Assembly: GCA_012295275.1 (NCBI GenBank)
Contig: CM022673.1
Coordinates: 9,548,001-9,612,000, forward strand
Length of the DNA stretch: 64,000 bases
DNA from: Chrysomallon squamiferum
Lineage: Eukaryota > Animalia > Mollusca
Direction: 5' to 3'
Shown: in pieces, positions 1 through 16,828 of the stretch
How positions within the stretch are numbered: position 1 is the stretch's first letter
Layout of the letters: every line of letters starts with the position of its first letter
Translations under genes and position numbers: made by a program
Notes under the pieces: generated by a model
Seen by the model: only the letters and a program-made list of their open reading frames with translations
Told to the model about the DNA's origin: nothing
The model's database searches: none

Positions 1-147
1 ATTTGCTACAGTCAAAGAAATCTATTCACAAGAGCAGTAATATGCAAAAGATCCATCCAGGTATATGTGCCTTGAATCCTTAGGCAAATGCTGAACTGTA
101 AGCCAGTATCAAAATTTAATTTTTGTTTTAATTCAAGATATAGAGGC

Positions 148-379
148 TCTTTTTCAAAACAACTCTTCTGCATCCATTAAAAGTATCTTATTAAAAACTA
201 ACAATAAATAAAGAAATAAACACCTAATTAATTTGATTTGCCATTTCAGTAATTGTTAATGTATAAACCCCTTTTCAAAATAAAGCTTTCTGCACCAACT
301 AATTGTTTAAAAATTACACATAAATGAAAAATAAACACCCAATTAATTTAGCGTGCCCCATTTCAGTAACCGTTAATGA
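148..379. repeat. Diverged tandem duplication, unit ~120 bp
   Basis: TTTTCAAAA...TTCTGCA...AAATAAACACC.AATTAATTT...CCATTTCAGTAA..GTTAATG occurs twice. Confidence 0.75.
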
Positions 380-2910
380 ATCATAACATGAAGACTCCAC
401 CTAAGCATTGTTCTGAGGTAACAAGGTTAATAACTATGTCTGCAAAGAGTAACTGTGAACTGACAGCACATCTGTATTATCACCGGCACAACCTGCTGAC
501 ACACAAGGAAACATCCAGGACTGCTACATAAGCAAATAGGTTTAAAATCCTGCTCACTTACATAGACTGCTGTCATATCTCTCATCTCGGTGTAATATGT
601 GTCCATTCCGAACAAAATGAGAAACTAGTGAATCAAAATGAAAATAAATAAAAACGTACTGTATTATAGTAGACCTGCTGACCAGCACTGAAATCTTATT
701 AATACTAACATGCATGGCAGGTAGAAGAAGAACTCAGTAAAAGAACTCAAACTTCATCAATTTAAAAATGTTGCTCATCAATAAAAGTAATAAATAATTT
801 TTAATATAAAACAAAATAATAAGAAGAAAGAAAGAAAGAAAGAAAATAAAGAAAAAAGATAAAGAAACAATTTAGCATTTTTATATATTAAGAAATACTT
901 TAAATAGTAAATTAAGGTTTGAATGTATTTATAAAAGATACATTTACAAGTTTATAACATTTGTACACCACAGATATAGAGAAATGCATACATATATCCT
1001 CAACACCAGCATCCTGTATTTTTTGTTGTTGTCCAAATACCTTTACATAACTCAAATTGCATTACATGTACAATACTTACAGTTACACGTTTGTGTGGAC
1101 CTGTCCACCAAGAGGCCACACTTTTAACTTTCTTCATAATGCCTTATACAACACATACACGCAGATAAAATTTGCACGAAAACAAACCATCAGTTACCTC
1201 ATTTGAATTCACTAAACAGTAAAATTTTAAGAGATAAAAAAAAAGCATGGGCCATTCTACATGCTGTCCATGCCATTTGTACATTAATTATATCCAAATC
1301 AATATCTCAGTGTGAGTAGCCTCAACATCTGGGACCAATTTATGTACAAGTAAGTTGGTCGCAATTCAATACAACTTGTACTTGAATGTGTGTAAAATCT
1401 CATGTAATTATATACAGCGACAGTTTTAACATGCACAGTAAGTACATGTATCAGATGATGATGGTTTTGAGGTCACACACAGCACAATCACATAGTAACA
1501 ACTTATCTGCATCTCTAATGTTTAAAGTTTTTATGCATAACTATCATTGTAGTTGGATCTCCATTCATATTGCTGAACATGTGATAACATGCTGATTTAT
1601 ATCTGATTTTCAATTTCAGTCATTACATCCATCGTAAATATGTTCATTTTCATTATGGAAAATCTGTCAACAGCTTTTAGTTCTGAAAATGTAAATATTC
1701 AAAACCTATGAAACAGGCACCACAGAAAATGTGTTGACTACTTAGTTTGGTGACACAATCTTCACAATATAAAATTACTTAGAAATATGTTGAGTAACTT
1801 ATAAACTTTAAATATTTCACGTCACATCTGCACAGCAATTTGCATCAAAGATGACTGGGATTAAAATAACAGCTTATGGATATAGAACTAGAAAGCACTG
1901 CATCACATTTGCACAGTTGTTTCTTATCATGACATGTCTGAGATTTGACTTAAGAAGTACTGGGATCTCAGCCTGGTACCAGCATTTGTCCAGAGCTAAT
2001 TGTAGAGGTGTGTAACATGATTACAGAAAGACTTGAGTCTGGCTCTCAGGCTAATCTACTAATACATCAAAATAACACAACAGACAATCCAAGGCTTCAC
2101 AATTGTGTGCTCAACACAGATGTGCTTTCTAACAGCTTGCTCTGACTAGTACCACAAAGTCTTTCACAAAATGTATAATCCATACAGCTGGAAAAATAGA
2201 TTTGTTGCTGAATATGCAAAGTTCAAAACAGTCTTTAAAACAAATCAAGGTCTTACCATAAAATAATAATAAAAATAATATATATATAAATGCCTGAAAA
2301 CTAATTATTATTAGTGTTGTTGTTGTTGTTGTAGCAGCCAGTAGTTATTCCCAGTTCACAGAACTAGAATAATATATCAACTGCAAAACATGCAAATGTA
2401 AAACTGGATGCTGCCATAAAATATTACATTTATATTTATTTTCTGCTCACATTCTTGTCAGGACATTAAGTTACTAAGTATATTTCCTTTTAATAATTCC
2501 TTTTTAACAAAACATCACAATAAAAAACATTGTGTATATTTACATCATTTTATATCTTCTAATAGTTCTATTATATTTTTTACAAAGATATGCTACGTGT
2601 CAAGACCAGATGCTGTAGTTGTACTGTACAATACATCTAACTTGTATAAACATGTATTAACTGCTGCATATATTAGCAAAGCATGACTTTATCTCAGAAA
2701 ATAATGAATATAAAAATCAATCAAAGCACACATATGCACACACACATATGGATGTATACAGTGATATTTGAATATGCAGAATAAGTATAAGTATCTTACA
2801 TATGTATATATATATGAATATATTTATGCACATATATAAACCAGACAAAAAAACTGAGTGAATAGTCAACCAGATTATATAAACAATGGTATCTTGAGAA
2901 ACACGTTTAT

Positions 2911-5900
2911 CTAACAGTTCTGTTCCTGTAATTTGGGATTTCCCATTACAAAATGATCAACAATAGGATCTGCCAGTGTGTGGTTTTTAATAACGGTTCC
3001 GATAAGCCAACAACAATATAACCAGTCATCCAGTACAAAATGCGTGCCTTTAATAGCACCTATATAGAGATATAATGATCAGCTACATAGCAATTTTGAA
3101 GGCCACTTTACATTACACTTCCAGGTACAAAGATCTATAAGTATTGGAGCATTGCCGTGTTTGTATACAGGGGTGGGGATTTCCATTTCTAATAGAAACC
3201 TGAAGCCAGGATTCCTTTTATGGGGAGAGGAAAAAAAAAATCACAATAAAAATATATACTGCAACCATAATTTATTTATGTGACTGTAATGAATAAATAT
3301 ACTTTAATCTTGCTGATATTGACAATAACTATTTAGAATAATATATTTTATACATAATAAACTGTATCAATATATGGCTTATTTCAATTTGCATCGTGCT
3401 TTGTGAATACAAATAAACAATTAATAAATTTAATTTGCAAGTACACTAAGTTTATTACAAATAAAAGATAAAAGATATATTTCATAGGTTTCTATCATTC
3501 TCATATATGTATATCTATTAGTAAAAAAAAAATAATAATAATTGTCAAAATTAAGCACTTTGTTTTTATTTGTAACAATAGTTCTGCTTTAATTAATGCT
3601 TTTCTTTTTATAGGGCGAAAAGTAACAATAATGTTCTCACTGTATAACTGCAAAATGTACCCTCACATATACACACATAGGTCAAAAAAAAAACTGTATG
3701 GACACATGATCAAGCAATAATGTACATCTGTTGTTACTTATGATTTCAACTCTGACCTTTGATGATCATTCACTGTTAACAGTGAACTCAACTAACATTT
3801 ATAGTCCAGTTTGAAAACTGTGGAATAGTCTGTTTCAAAATTACAAAACATTGTGGCTCAAAATTATGAAATTTTATGTTTAGAAATTATGAAATACTAT
3901 GTCTCAAAATGAAAAAACATTATATATCAGAAAAGTGTGTTCTACATTATCGAACAGAATGTCTCAAAACTGTCAATCAGTCCATATCTCAGTTTCATTT
4001 TAAACCTTAGATATGAAAGGTTTAAGGGTCTATTCTCCCAAGTGATTATATGCCATTTTAGCTAGTGTCTTATGATAAATTATCAAAGGTCATGATGCAA
4101 GCTTTATAGGTTATAGTCTAAGAGAAACATATAGATAAAAAGAACTCTTGCTGCTGAAACAAAAACGAATGGTGTTTTAACAATATAAAATTAATATACA
4201 CAATCTAATGGTAATGTTAAAAAACAAATTTTAGCACTCATGAAGTTAATTTTAAAAATACAAATAAAACAATACCAAATATCTTTTTTAATATTTAGTT
4301 AAATACTGCAATAAAGTTTGAATTTTAAAAATGCATGTATTCATAAAGTTTGATTCATAAGAAAAAATACTATTCAAAACTGAATGGAATTAGTCTGTTA
4401 GATTTTTAATTTGTTGTTGTTTCAAATATTGATTTTTTTTTTTTTTTCTGAAGAAGGCACTAACATAGGATATCTGCAGAAGTTGTTTATGTTAGTGAAT
4501 AAAGTCTCAGTGGAATTTCCTGCCTTACTTTACAAGTTCTAAAAATGAAGAAAACAAAGATAATGTAGTTTTACCTGCATATGGAGTCCAGTTTGTAACT
4601 ATAATATTGTCTCAGAAAAAAAAGTTAAAAAATAAGGTATATACTGTTATTACATTAATGTACTATTTTGATTAATCCTGTTAGCATTGTCTGGATTATG
4701 TACAGCCAAGCTAATTAATTAACTGAGTATTTGTAGAGTGCCTACTATATTGATATAGTATGTATTGTTATGAATTAACCATACAGCTTTAGATATACAA
4801 ACAGAAACACATACACATTATAGTAATAAATATTATGATGTTGTAGTTAAGGCTGAGTAATAATTTCAATCTATAATTTGGATTTTTATTTTCCGCATCA
4901 CTAGGTATACCATAAAAAAAAAAAGGATGATGTGTCTTATCAATTGTCTAAATGTGTTTTAAATATTATTCAACTCATCATACTTCATTTAATATTTTTA
5001 TTTATTTACTATTTATTTTTTTATTATTATTGTTATTAGCTTCGGCTGGGGGTGTATTTTTAAAGGTAGAATATTATTATTCTACATAAAATATTTTTAT
5101 TATTAAAATGTACCTGTCATAGTACAAGCAAATGTTTTTATCTTATATTTTTATAAGAATATAAAAGACTTTTGGTGGGTTTTTTTTACTTGTTATTCAA
5201 AACCAGACTATTATAATACTGAAATTTAACAATAAATAAAGGATGTTTATTGTACAGGTTGCTGTTCCCTTTTTCTCCTGACATTTCATGCATCAAACAG
5301 AAAAATCAGAGACCAAAAATTGCAATTATCTTCTGTTTTTCTTTATTAGTATAAAACAATGTCCCAGGATACACTTGTTAGATTATGATTAACAAAGTTT
5401 GATATCACAATTTATCTTGAAAATGTTATATTAATTTTAACTATAATGTCACATAGAACATAGTTAAGTAGATCTGGATCCTTTTCCTGTCTGATAGTAA
5501 CTCCTTTGTACGTGAGTCATGAATATTACTATTACTAATATTAGGAATTATGTCAGCTATCTCCTCCAAACAGAAAAAATGAGATGAAAAACTAAATTAG
5601 AATATATTATAAATATTATGCTTGGTTACTGCTTAATATTAATATCATAATAACACGTTATGCTTTTTGTTATTAAATTTTAATGATGCTATCATTCTGC
5701 TTATTATCACATGAGAACTACACCACGACAGCGTGAAGATTCTGTTTAAAAACAACACACACAAATAGTGCTTAAGTTAAAATCATTATGATTAAAATAC
5801 GACTCTGGCTATTTGAAGTATTACTTTAATAATATACTTTAAATTTCATAATCATTATCCTGCCTATAAAAAAATACTACTTTTTTGTAAGGTGCGTTCA

Positions 5901-6109
5901 TACAATACACTATACTCGATACTGTGTTACATGTGTATACCTAATACAGACTTATTTATTAAGAAATCAAGCAATAAAATTATATTTCTTTTCAGTAAAG
6001 AAAAAAAATATATATTGAGCTTACCCGGGCCTTCAGGAGTTTGTTCTTGATCCTCCAAATTTCAGCGGTTTACAATATAAATCCGTCATAGAATAGTGTT
6101 TGGAGCCAT
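2911..6109 (-). other. Unidentified spliced transcript, small-ORF gene or lncRNA: exons ~6140-6025, 4598-4575 (24 nt), possibly 4538-4529 (10 nt), and 3214 leftward
   Basis: On the minus strand: donor CGG|GTAAGC at 6025, microexon attatag|...GCAG|gtaaaa, and a pyrimidine-rich acceptor before 3214. An ETS motif and CpG-containing DNA lie just upstream. No uninterrupted long ORF and no recognised homolog. Confidence 0.5.
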
Positions 6110-6129
6110 AGATTCAAAACAAAGTGTCA

Positions 6130-7132
6130 CCTCACAAAATGGAAATAGCTGTCCCAATTAGGTCTAACCGGAAGTGGAGTTATTCGCTGAAACAAAGTAG
6201 ATCGTAATAACTTAAATGGATAATTTTCGACCCAACATATATGTCACATTATTTCAATGACTTCTTGCACGAGCACCTTTACATATATTTCGCTGTTTGG
6301 TTCTTAGAATTAATTTTTAATACTAATAATATATCACCGAACATACGATTTCGTATTCGTACGCAATGCAAATGTCAACTGAATTATATAATAAGGTTTC
6401 TGTTTGATACTAAAATTTAACTGTTACCACAGAAAAATAGCAGTGGTACACAACAATAAACAGACCCATTGTTCTCAATAAATGCGCGCATTTGATCTTT
6501 CTTTTACAACACCTGTTTCGCTTTTCTCCTGCAATCATTCCACATTCCAATAAACTACCTGTTATAACCGGGAACAACTCTTGTTTGATTTTATGAATCC
6601 TTTAGAAATAAATGTACCAGAATGTTTATTGCATTCAGGTTTAAATTAATGTCTATTTTTATGCACATAAAAGCTAAAACAATTACTTACTATAATGTTG
6701 TTATTTTTTTTTTTTCACGATAAAATAATAAGAATGAATTATTATATTAGCAAATCCCCAAATAAAATAAGTCTAGCAATTAATTATGAATTTTAACTCT
6801 GAATATTTTAATTTCTTTAGATTTAATGACAAACTAGTGTTCAGTAGTTAAGTTTCGAAGTTCAACATAAATAGATTCATTTGTAAATTTTTTCTTTTTT
6901 TTTTCTTTTTTTTTTAAAGGCTTTGTACTGTATTTACTTTAAAACTGTGCCATAGACTTAAAAAGAAACAAAATACGAGCAGCACATCTGTATTGAGTTT
7001 CATATCACACACATATTAGCACATACAGACGCGCATACAGTAACTCAAAGAAACTATGCTCCTATGTCAATAAAGACACTCAGTAATGAATTAAAAGTAA
7101 TTATTATTATTTTGAAAATTATTGAATATTTA

Positions 7133-7187
<55 letters not shown>

Positions 7188-7400
7188 TGTGTGTGTTTGT
7201 GACTTTCTGTGATCGTCCTTGCATCTTTGTATCTGAACTGTGGCATTAATTTAATGCATGTATAGGTCTATGTTCTAAAATCACGATACGTTGTCCTGAA
7301 AGTACTTTTGTGCTCCCGTGCAATAATATTGCCATTGCCGGTTAACAGTTCCGGTTGTTACTTCCGATTTCGCTGCATAGTTTGTGTTTTGTTGTCTGTT
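6130..7400. promoter_or_regulatory. Divergent promoter region between the left transcript and TAF11
   Basis: CpG retained relative to flanks. ETS/GABP-type CCGGAAGT at ~6169, TGCGCGCA at ~6483, and TTCCGG/ACTTCCG at ~7349-7367 just upstream of the TAF11 ATG. Confidence 0.55.
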
Positions 7401-7431
7401 TTCAAACATTTCTATTTTTGAGACACAGAAA

Positions 7432-8801
7432 ATGAATGATTCTAGCTCGATTACCAAAGCTGATAGAGATACATCGGCTTTGGACAATTCAAGTGACTGT
7501 TCCCTAATAAAAGACATCATTTGGATTCAGATAATGATGACAAGTCCGATCAAGATTCTTCTCCTTCGAAATCGTCAGTCGGAGACACTCCAGAAAAACA
7601 AAATAAACCTTTATCAGATGGATGTGCAACACCATCAGATTCACCACCAAGCAAGAAAAAGAAAGCAGAAGAAGAAGAGGAAAATACACATGCAAAGCTA
7701 AAGAAAGAAAAACAGGAAGAAGAACGATTAAAAATGCAGTATGCTAATTTAATTATAAAGTTTATAAACCGGCAGTAATACATTATGATTATAATTATTT
7801 TATTTTATTTTATTTTATTTTATTTTATTTTATTTTATTTTATTTCTTTTCAGAGTTTTGGTATCTAATTTCTCAGAAGAGCAATTAAATCGATATGAGA
7901 CATACAGAAGATCAGCATTTCCAAAAGCCGCAATAAAAAGAGTAAAAAATTCAACATCGTATTTACTCTAACAAAATTTCATGATAAAGTAGACCATGCT
8001 TGCTAGTGATTGTATTTATGAATGGCTGGGATACATTTTGTAAAAGTTATGAGAAAATGATCAGAAAGACATCAGCAGTTTTCACAGCTGACATCATTAT
8101 AATAATATTAAAATATTTTGAAGTGACATTTAAGAAAAATACTCACTATAAAATAAATATTATAATTCATCATACATTTGGTTGTGATAATAATAATTAT
8201 AATAATATATATATTCTTTATAAAGAAGTCTTGTATTATGACACAACTTCTTGGCATTTTATCTTGTCATTTAATTTTTTTTTTCTTCCAGCTGATGCAG
8301 AGTATTACAGGATCATCTGTATCACAGAATGTTGTGATTGCCATGTCAGGAATTTCAAAGGTTTTTGTTGGTGAAGTGGTTGAATCAGGTAATGAAAATT
8401 TCAATAAACAAAAAAAAAACCCAATTTATTTACATTTTATATATCATTTCTGAATTTAAATATGTATCTATTAATTCTTAATTAGTTTTATTAATATCTT
8501 GTATATTGTTATTAATCAGTGCCAGTGATCTTTTTTTTTTTTTTTTTTTTTTTTTTAACTCTTCTTGATAAGAGTAACATATTACAAATTATTTCATTTT
8601 TTTTTTTTATTATTATTATTTTTTTTTTTTTGTGTGTATACAAAAATACATTTATTTATTTTGTTCTTAGCTTTAGATGTGTTGGAAGAATGGGGAGATT
8701 CAGGACCCTTGCAGCCAAAACACATCCGTGAAGCGGTTCGCAGACTGAAACACATGTCACTCATACAGACCAGCAAATCCAAGAAAGTTTTGTTTCACTG
8801 A
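7432..8801 (+). CDS. TAF11: TFIID subunit TAF11; exons 7432-7738 (1-nt frameshift near 7502-7504), 7854-7941, 8292-8388, 8671-8801
   Basis: Spliced product contains [95 protein letters not shown], the TAF11 histone fold. GT-AG introns have consistent phases. AATAAA at ~9292. Confidence 0.96.
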
Positions 8802-10199
8802 GCTTAACTTTCAAGGGAGACAACTGTCCACATGAATCGGTACAAGTGCTTAAGTGGAGTAGAACAAAATGAAAAACAAATCCAAGTGGAGACAACTGTT
8901 CCATTTTATAAAATGTTGAGCTCGAAATCTGGGAACAGAAAAGGTGCTGCTGTCAACAGTTTCAGCAACTGAAGACATGTTAACTAAAGAAAACTGGATG
9001 AGAAGAATTTGACAATAACCTTTTATTTAAGTTCACCAGTGAAACTGAGGTTCACATGAACAAGTGTGCAAAGGACACTTTTTATTAAAAAATGCTAAAA
9101 ACAAGGGCATACAGCATTTGAGAAGATTTGAAAATGAATTTCAGAAACTTTTGATTTTACTTTTAAAAACTAGATATGAATAGATTACTGTATTTAGAAT
9201 GTGAAAAAAATCAAGAAGTGTAATACACCCATGTTAAAAGAATCTTTAAGAAAAAAAGAAAACATATATTTACCTGCAATCATCTTGTATTAATAAAAAT
9301 TAAAATCTAAATGAAATTACAGGAATATTTCCTGTTCAGAAGAAATAAAGAAAAGAAAGAAGGATTTACAGTCCTCCCTTTGTAATCACCTGTTTGAATG
9401 GTGCTTATATCATGAAAGTTCTGTCTTGGACATTATCTAGAAATCATTATTTTGAAATCGGAGTTCCTCTGATGGGTCTAAAAATAACTGTTAAAATATC
9501 AGATACACTGTTACGGTTTTACTTGTTGTTATGGTTTATTATTATTATTATTATTATAATACAGGTTGACTATCACTGATCTGGTGATCTGTACACTGTC
9601 CGTAAAAGGTGAGCTCGAACTCATATTTATAAGTATTTCAAAGGTGCGATGGATGTAAAGAGTTGTTGAAATGTGTGTATCTGAACCTGGTCACTGTTAT
9701 TATGCAAAATCACTAATCAAGCTTGCTACTGATCCCAGTGATGATTGGCCTTTATTATTATTATGAAATAAAAAACCATTAAAAATCCATTGGTTTTAGA
9801 TTTTTTTGTTATTTTATTGTTTTGTTACTTCATAAAGTAAAAGATATGATTTTAGTACCATTTAGTTAAATATTTTATATTTATTAATTTGAAATCTTTT
9901 ATTGTATTAAGAGGAGTTACATAAAGATAGCAATATGCAACTTTACAGTTATTTATTTGGACATTTTTTATTAATTTTATTTTTTATTTTACTTTGTCAT
10001 CTTTATACATACATACATACATACATATGTATGTAAAAAGATGTCACAGTAAAAGGAAAAAATTGTTCCAATTTTCATTATTTTTTTATTTTTTTTAAAT
10101 TCTGATTTTCATTAATGGTAAAATGTAATCCCTATTACAATTAAAATTCATTTTCATAAATTGATCATATTTCTATAAAGTTTAATTTTATGTACCATG

Positions 10200-10626
10200 T
10201 CAAACGTTTATTCGTGGATTTTCCGTTGGACGGTAATGCTTTCGTGGATGTCGTATCTAGCACTATGAAAGAACGGTCTAAATGATTGCTGCATCGAACA
10301 GCTCCATTGCCTAGCTTAAGTGAATAGTGTGTTATATTTTGTAATTTGTTCACAGAAAAGCAGTCGAAAAAAGACCTATCTATTTAAATTAATTATTCAG
10401 TTTTTTTATTATCTTAATTTTTTTTGGTATTATTTCCGCCATGCCGTAGCGAGCACCTGTTCTAGCGTTGGCCCTGGAGCTTGCGTAACCCCGCAATGGG
10501 GAGGAAATCACAACAAACAGAAACGTAGCAACTGCAGCTTCCGGTTAATTCCATGTTGACAACTGCGTGTAACTTGGAGTCTGTGGGTGAAATTATTCTT
10601 GTGTTAGGAGTTAAACAGTACTAACA
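10200..10626 (+). promoter_or_regulatory. CFAP20 promoter and 5' UTR
   Basis: Local CpG retention, CCGCCATG at ~10436, and RFX half-site-like GTAGCAAC at ~10525. RFX is the established regulator of ciliary genes. Confidence 0.45.
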
Positions 10627-13666
<3,040 letters not shown>

Positions 13667-16078
13667 ACAGATAACCCTCTGACTTTTAAAACAAACACTG
13701 GTACTCAGTCCAAAACAAAACAGATATTTGTTACCATCAAATGACAGGAAATGTTCAGTTGGCTTGGATAAAATAGGAACAGAACATAAATTTAAGCCAC
13801 TGTTTTCTTCAATCATTTTTATAACTTGTTTTTCTCTCTCTCTCTCTCTCTTGACATTACTGTGATAATGTATTTAAATTTCATTTGTGAATTTATGCAA
13901 TTTTAAGGCTAAAATGTTTTAGCTGATGTGTACATTCATATTTTCATCAGTTTTTATTATAATATAATATATATATATATATATATTATTTTATTACTGT
14001 ATTTTATGAAGGTTATATACAGATGTATAAGTAATAATTCAATATATTTTATCTTTTATATGAAATAAATTTAGAAATATTTATTTTTGACCTTTTTTTT
14101 AATGTAAATATATATTAGTTTATATTTCACACAATTTGTTAAAATTATCAACAGCATTACATTAGTGTTATGAAAAAAATAATATATTTTTTGCACAATC
14201 CTGACAATACATGTCAAAATGTATTATGCATGTTTTTGTATTAAAATGAAAAAAATAATCCAAACACTACTGAAAAATTTATTTGTTATACAATTATGAC
14301 TTTTTGTAGTTTACATTTTACCTTTGTATAGAGATGACCAAATAACATATTTATAATAATAACGTTATTTATTTATTTTAATATGAAAATATATATTTTA
14401 ATAAACATATCCCAGTTGTTATAAAACACATATATGAAGACATCATTGGCTGTGACATATGTTCATATTTTCTTGTTTTTATTCGAAACAGTATTTATTG
14501 TTTTAAGAATATCATATTTCTAAAAGTATCAATAGCATTCAATTTATTTTTGTTTAATATGACATGATTTGATTTAAAATTAGTATTGTTATTTCTGTTA
14601 ATAAAATGAAAGAGAGGAAAGTGCATCAAAGTACTGCTCTCATTCTTACTGTCGCTACCAGGTTACTTAAAACATTTTTTCAATTAATTATTTTTAATGA
14701 TTATCAATAAAGATATGAGATACAGCTGATAAGACTGTTGTGGAGATTTTACAAAATTCACTTAACCACAAATATTGCATCTACCACAATTATGACACCA
14801 CCTTTTCATTTATTTACTTATTATTATTATTTTATTGTGCATTTTGGGGTTTTTGGTTAAAGTCTGGTTCTGCCAGTATTTTTACTCTTTTGAAAAGTTT
14901 ATTCTTTTAAATGTCATAAATATTGAGATGAAATATTTAATGCTGTAGATTATGTTTTTAAATTTTTATATTCAGTATTCTTTTAAATCAATATTGGCTT
15001 TAATTGGTGTTATTGTAAAGAATTTTGAACACATTTTTATCTCAACAAAAATAAGTGAGACCAACTGGATCTCTGTGTGTTATATTTAATAATGCATTTT
15101 ACATTGTTGTCATCTGAAGAATGATTTACTATAAAGTTAGCAGTTTTCAATGGTATCGACAGTGAAATATAAAAACATAAATTAGGATGTTGTCAAAATG
15201 TATAAATATTATTATTATTTGAACATAAAACTGGAATGTTATAAAAACTGACATGCCTTTTTTATTTTCACAAGTTGTATTAAATGGAAGAAAATAAAAG
15301 ATATGAGTAATATTTTTTTATTATTTATTTTTATAGAGAGATACAACACATTTTTTATATGTATATTTATTTTACATAAATATACCTCATCTTCTAATTT
15401 AATTTTGTGCTATTATATACACACACACACAAAAAAAAATGGTTTTATTTTCATCAATATACTGTTTTTGTATTTCATAAAAGTGAATAAAAAAAGAAGA
15501 AACAAATCATTTTTGGACAAATTAAGACTTCCTATTGTTATTTATATTATTTTTTTTTTTTAAATTTATTCAGCATCAATTTATCCTCTTTTAGGCATTT
15601 ACTGCATTAAATCCCATTCTAACCATTTTCACAATTTTTTTTATTAAAAGTTTTCATAATTGTCTTCCTTCTGTTGAAAAGTACATTAAAATATCCCTGG
15701 CTGCCAATCAGGTAAAAATCTCCCTCATCAAGGTAAAAGTGTATTTTAACTCTGTGTTATAACTGCAAAATGTATGATAAGTATTATATTATTTGAAACA
15801 AACATTACATGATAAGGTGTAATTAATAAAAATATTGTTCAAAGGTTTACAGTATTTATTTATATAAACTCAGAGTACCAAAATTCATTGTGCCAGGCTG
15901 AGGCAAAAATGAAATGTGGAAAACATTAAAAAAAATAACACACAGACATATAGCTATATAGTTTAATTTATTTTTATTTCGGACAATTATACAAGAAATA
16001 GTATTTAAAATAGGATGTATTTACATTTTCTTAACAGAAAGCAATCATTATTGAAAATTATAAACAGAAGAAAAATGC

Positions 16079-16213
16079 ATAATTATAATGTACACAGTTT
16101 CGTATATTTAAAATATTTATAAAGACTAGCACAATTAAAAACAAAATTATATACACATTCTCATATATTTAAAATATTTATAAAGATTGGCATAATAAAT
16201 ACAAAATTATATA
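16079..16213. repeat. Tandem duplication, unit ~60 bp, directly before the MITE
   Basis: TATATTTAAAATATTTATAAAGA.T.GCA.AAT...ACAAAATTATATA occurs twice. Confidence 0.75.
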
Positions 16214-16225
16214 ATTTTAATTATA

Positions 16226-16828
16226 CAGTGGTACCTTGACTTACGAGATTAATCCATTCAATGGCTGAGCTCGTAACTATATTTGCTCATATATTGAAAT
16301 ATCATTAATCCATTCCAGCCTGCAAAAATGATCTCAATTTTTTGTAACATGTTTTTAGATAAGAAAAATGTATTTATGAATGATGTCCAGGATTAGGGTT
16401 TCTCAATTGACAAAGGCCTGCAGTGTAGAAATTATCTTAACATCTTTTGCTGGAGTTATAGCCATTATTGACTCCTTCTGCTTCAGTATGGTACATATTG
16501 TAAAAGTACTATGCTCATACTGCCTAGCCAAGTTGACTGCATGCACACCTCGCAGGTTTTTCTATGAGTTTAATGAAATTTAGCAAAAAACTGCACAAAA
16601 TGCAAACACAACACAACAGAGATGCTTCCACGGCAAGGTAACTATGTGAAGCAAGAAGTGAGATGTGGGATGCTGGGTAGATGTTGTGTTGTTCGTTGTG
16701 CCAGCTAGCAGCAGTGTAGCTGAAGCTTGCTCATAACTTGGATTTTGGCTCACAAAAAGTCGATTGGGTGACTGCTTGTAACTCAGAAAACTCATAAGTT
16801 GGTGCACTCATAAGTTAAGGTACCACTG
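16226..16828. mobile_element. Non-autonomous Tc1/mariner (pogo/Tigger-like) MITE, 603 bp
   Basis: 22-bp TIRs CAGTGGTACCTTGACTTACGAG and CTCATAAGTTAAGGTACCACTG (2 mismatches), flanked by TA on both sides. No transposase ORF. Confidence 0.9.

Noticed and set aside
525-577. ATGAC-12 nt-AA SECIS-like start on the minus strand
   Set aside because: The 3' arm pairs poorly and lacks the GA of the quartet.
735-782. Minus-strand TGATGA...TGATGA...CTGA resembling a C/D snoRNA or SECIS
   Set aside because: Only ~48 nt, with no terminal stem or recognisable guide, and the SECIS helix II does not pair.
4459-4498. 10-bp inverted repeat CACTAACATA/TATGTTAGTG as a pre-miRNA
   Set aside because: The stem is too short and the inner region pairs poorly.
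6025-6089. Ornithine decarboxylase antizyme call from a short ORF ending TCC-TGA
   Set aside because: The usual WCS-stop context is absent and there is no antizyme-like ORF2.
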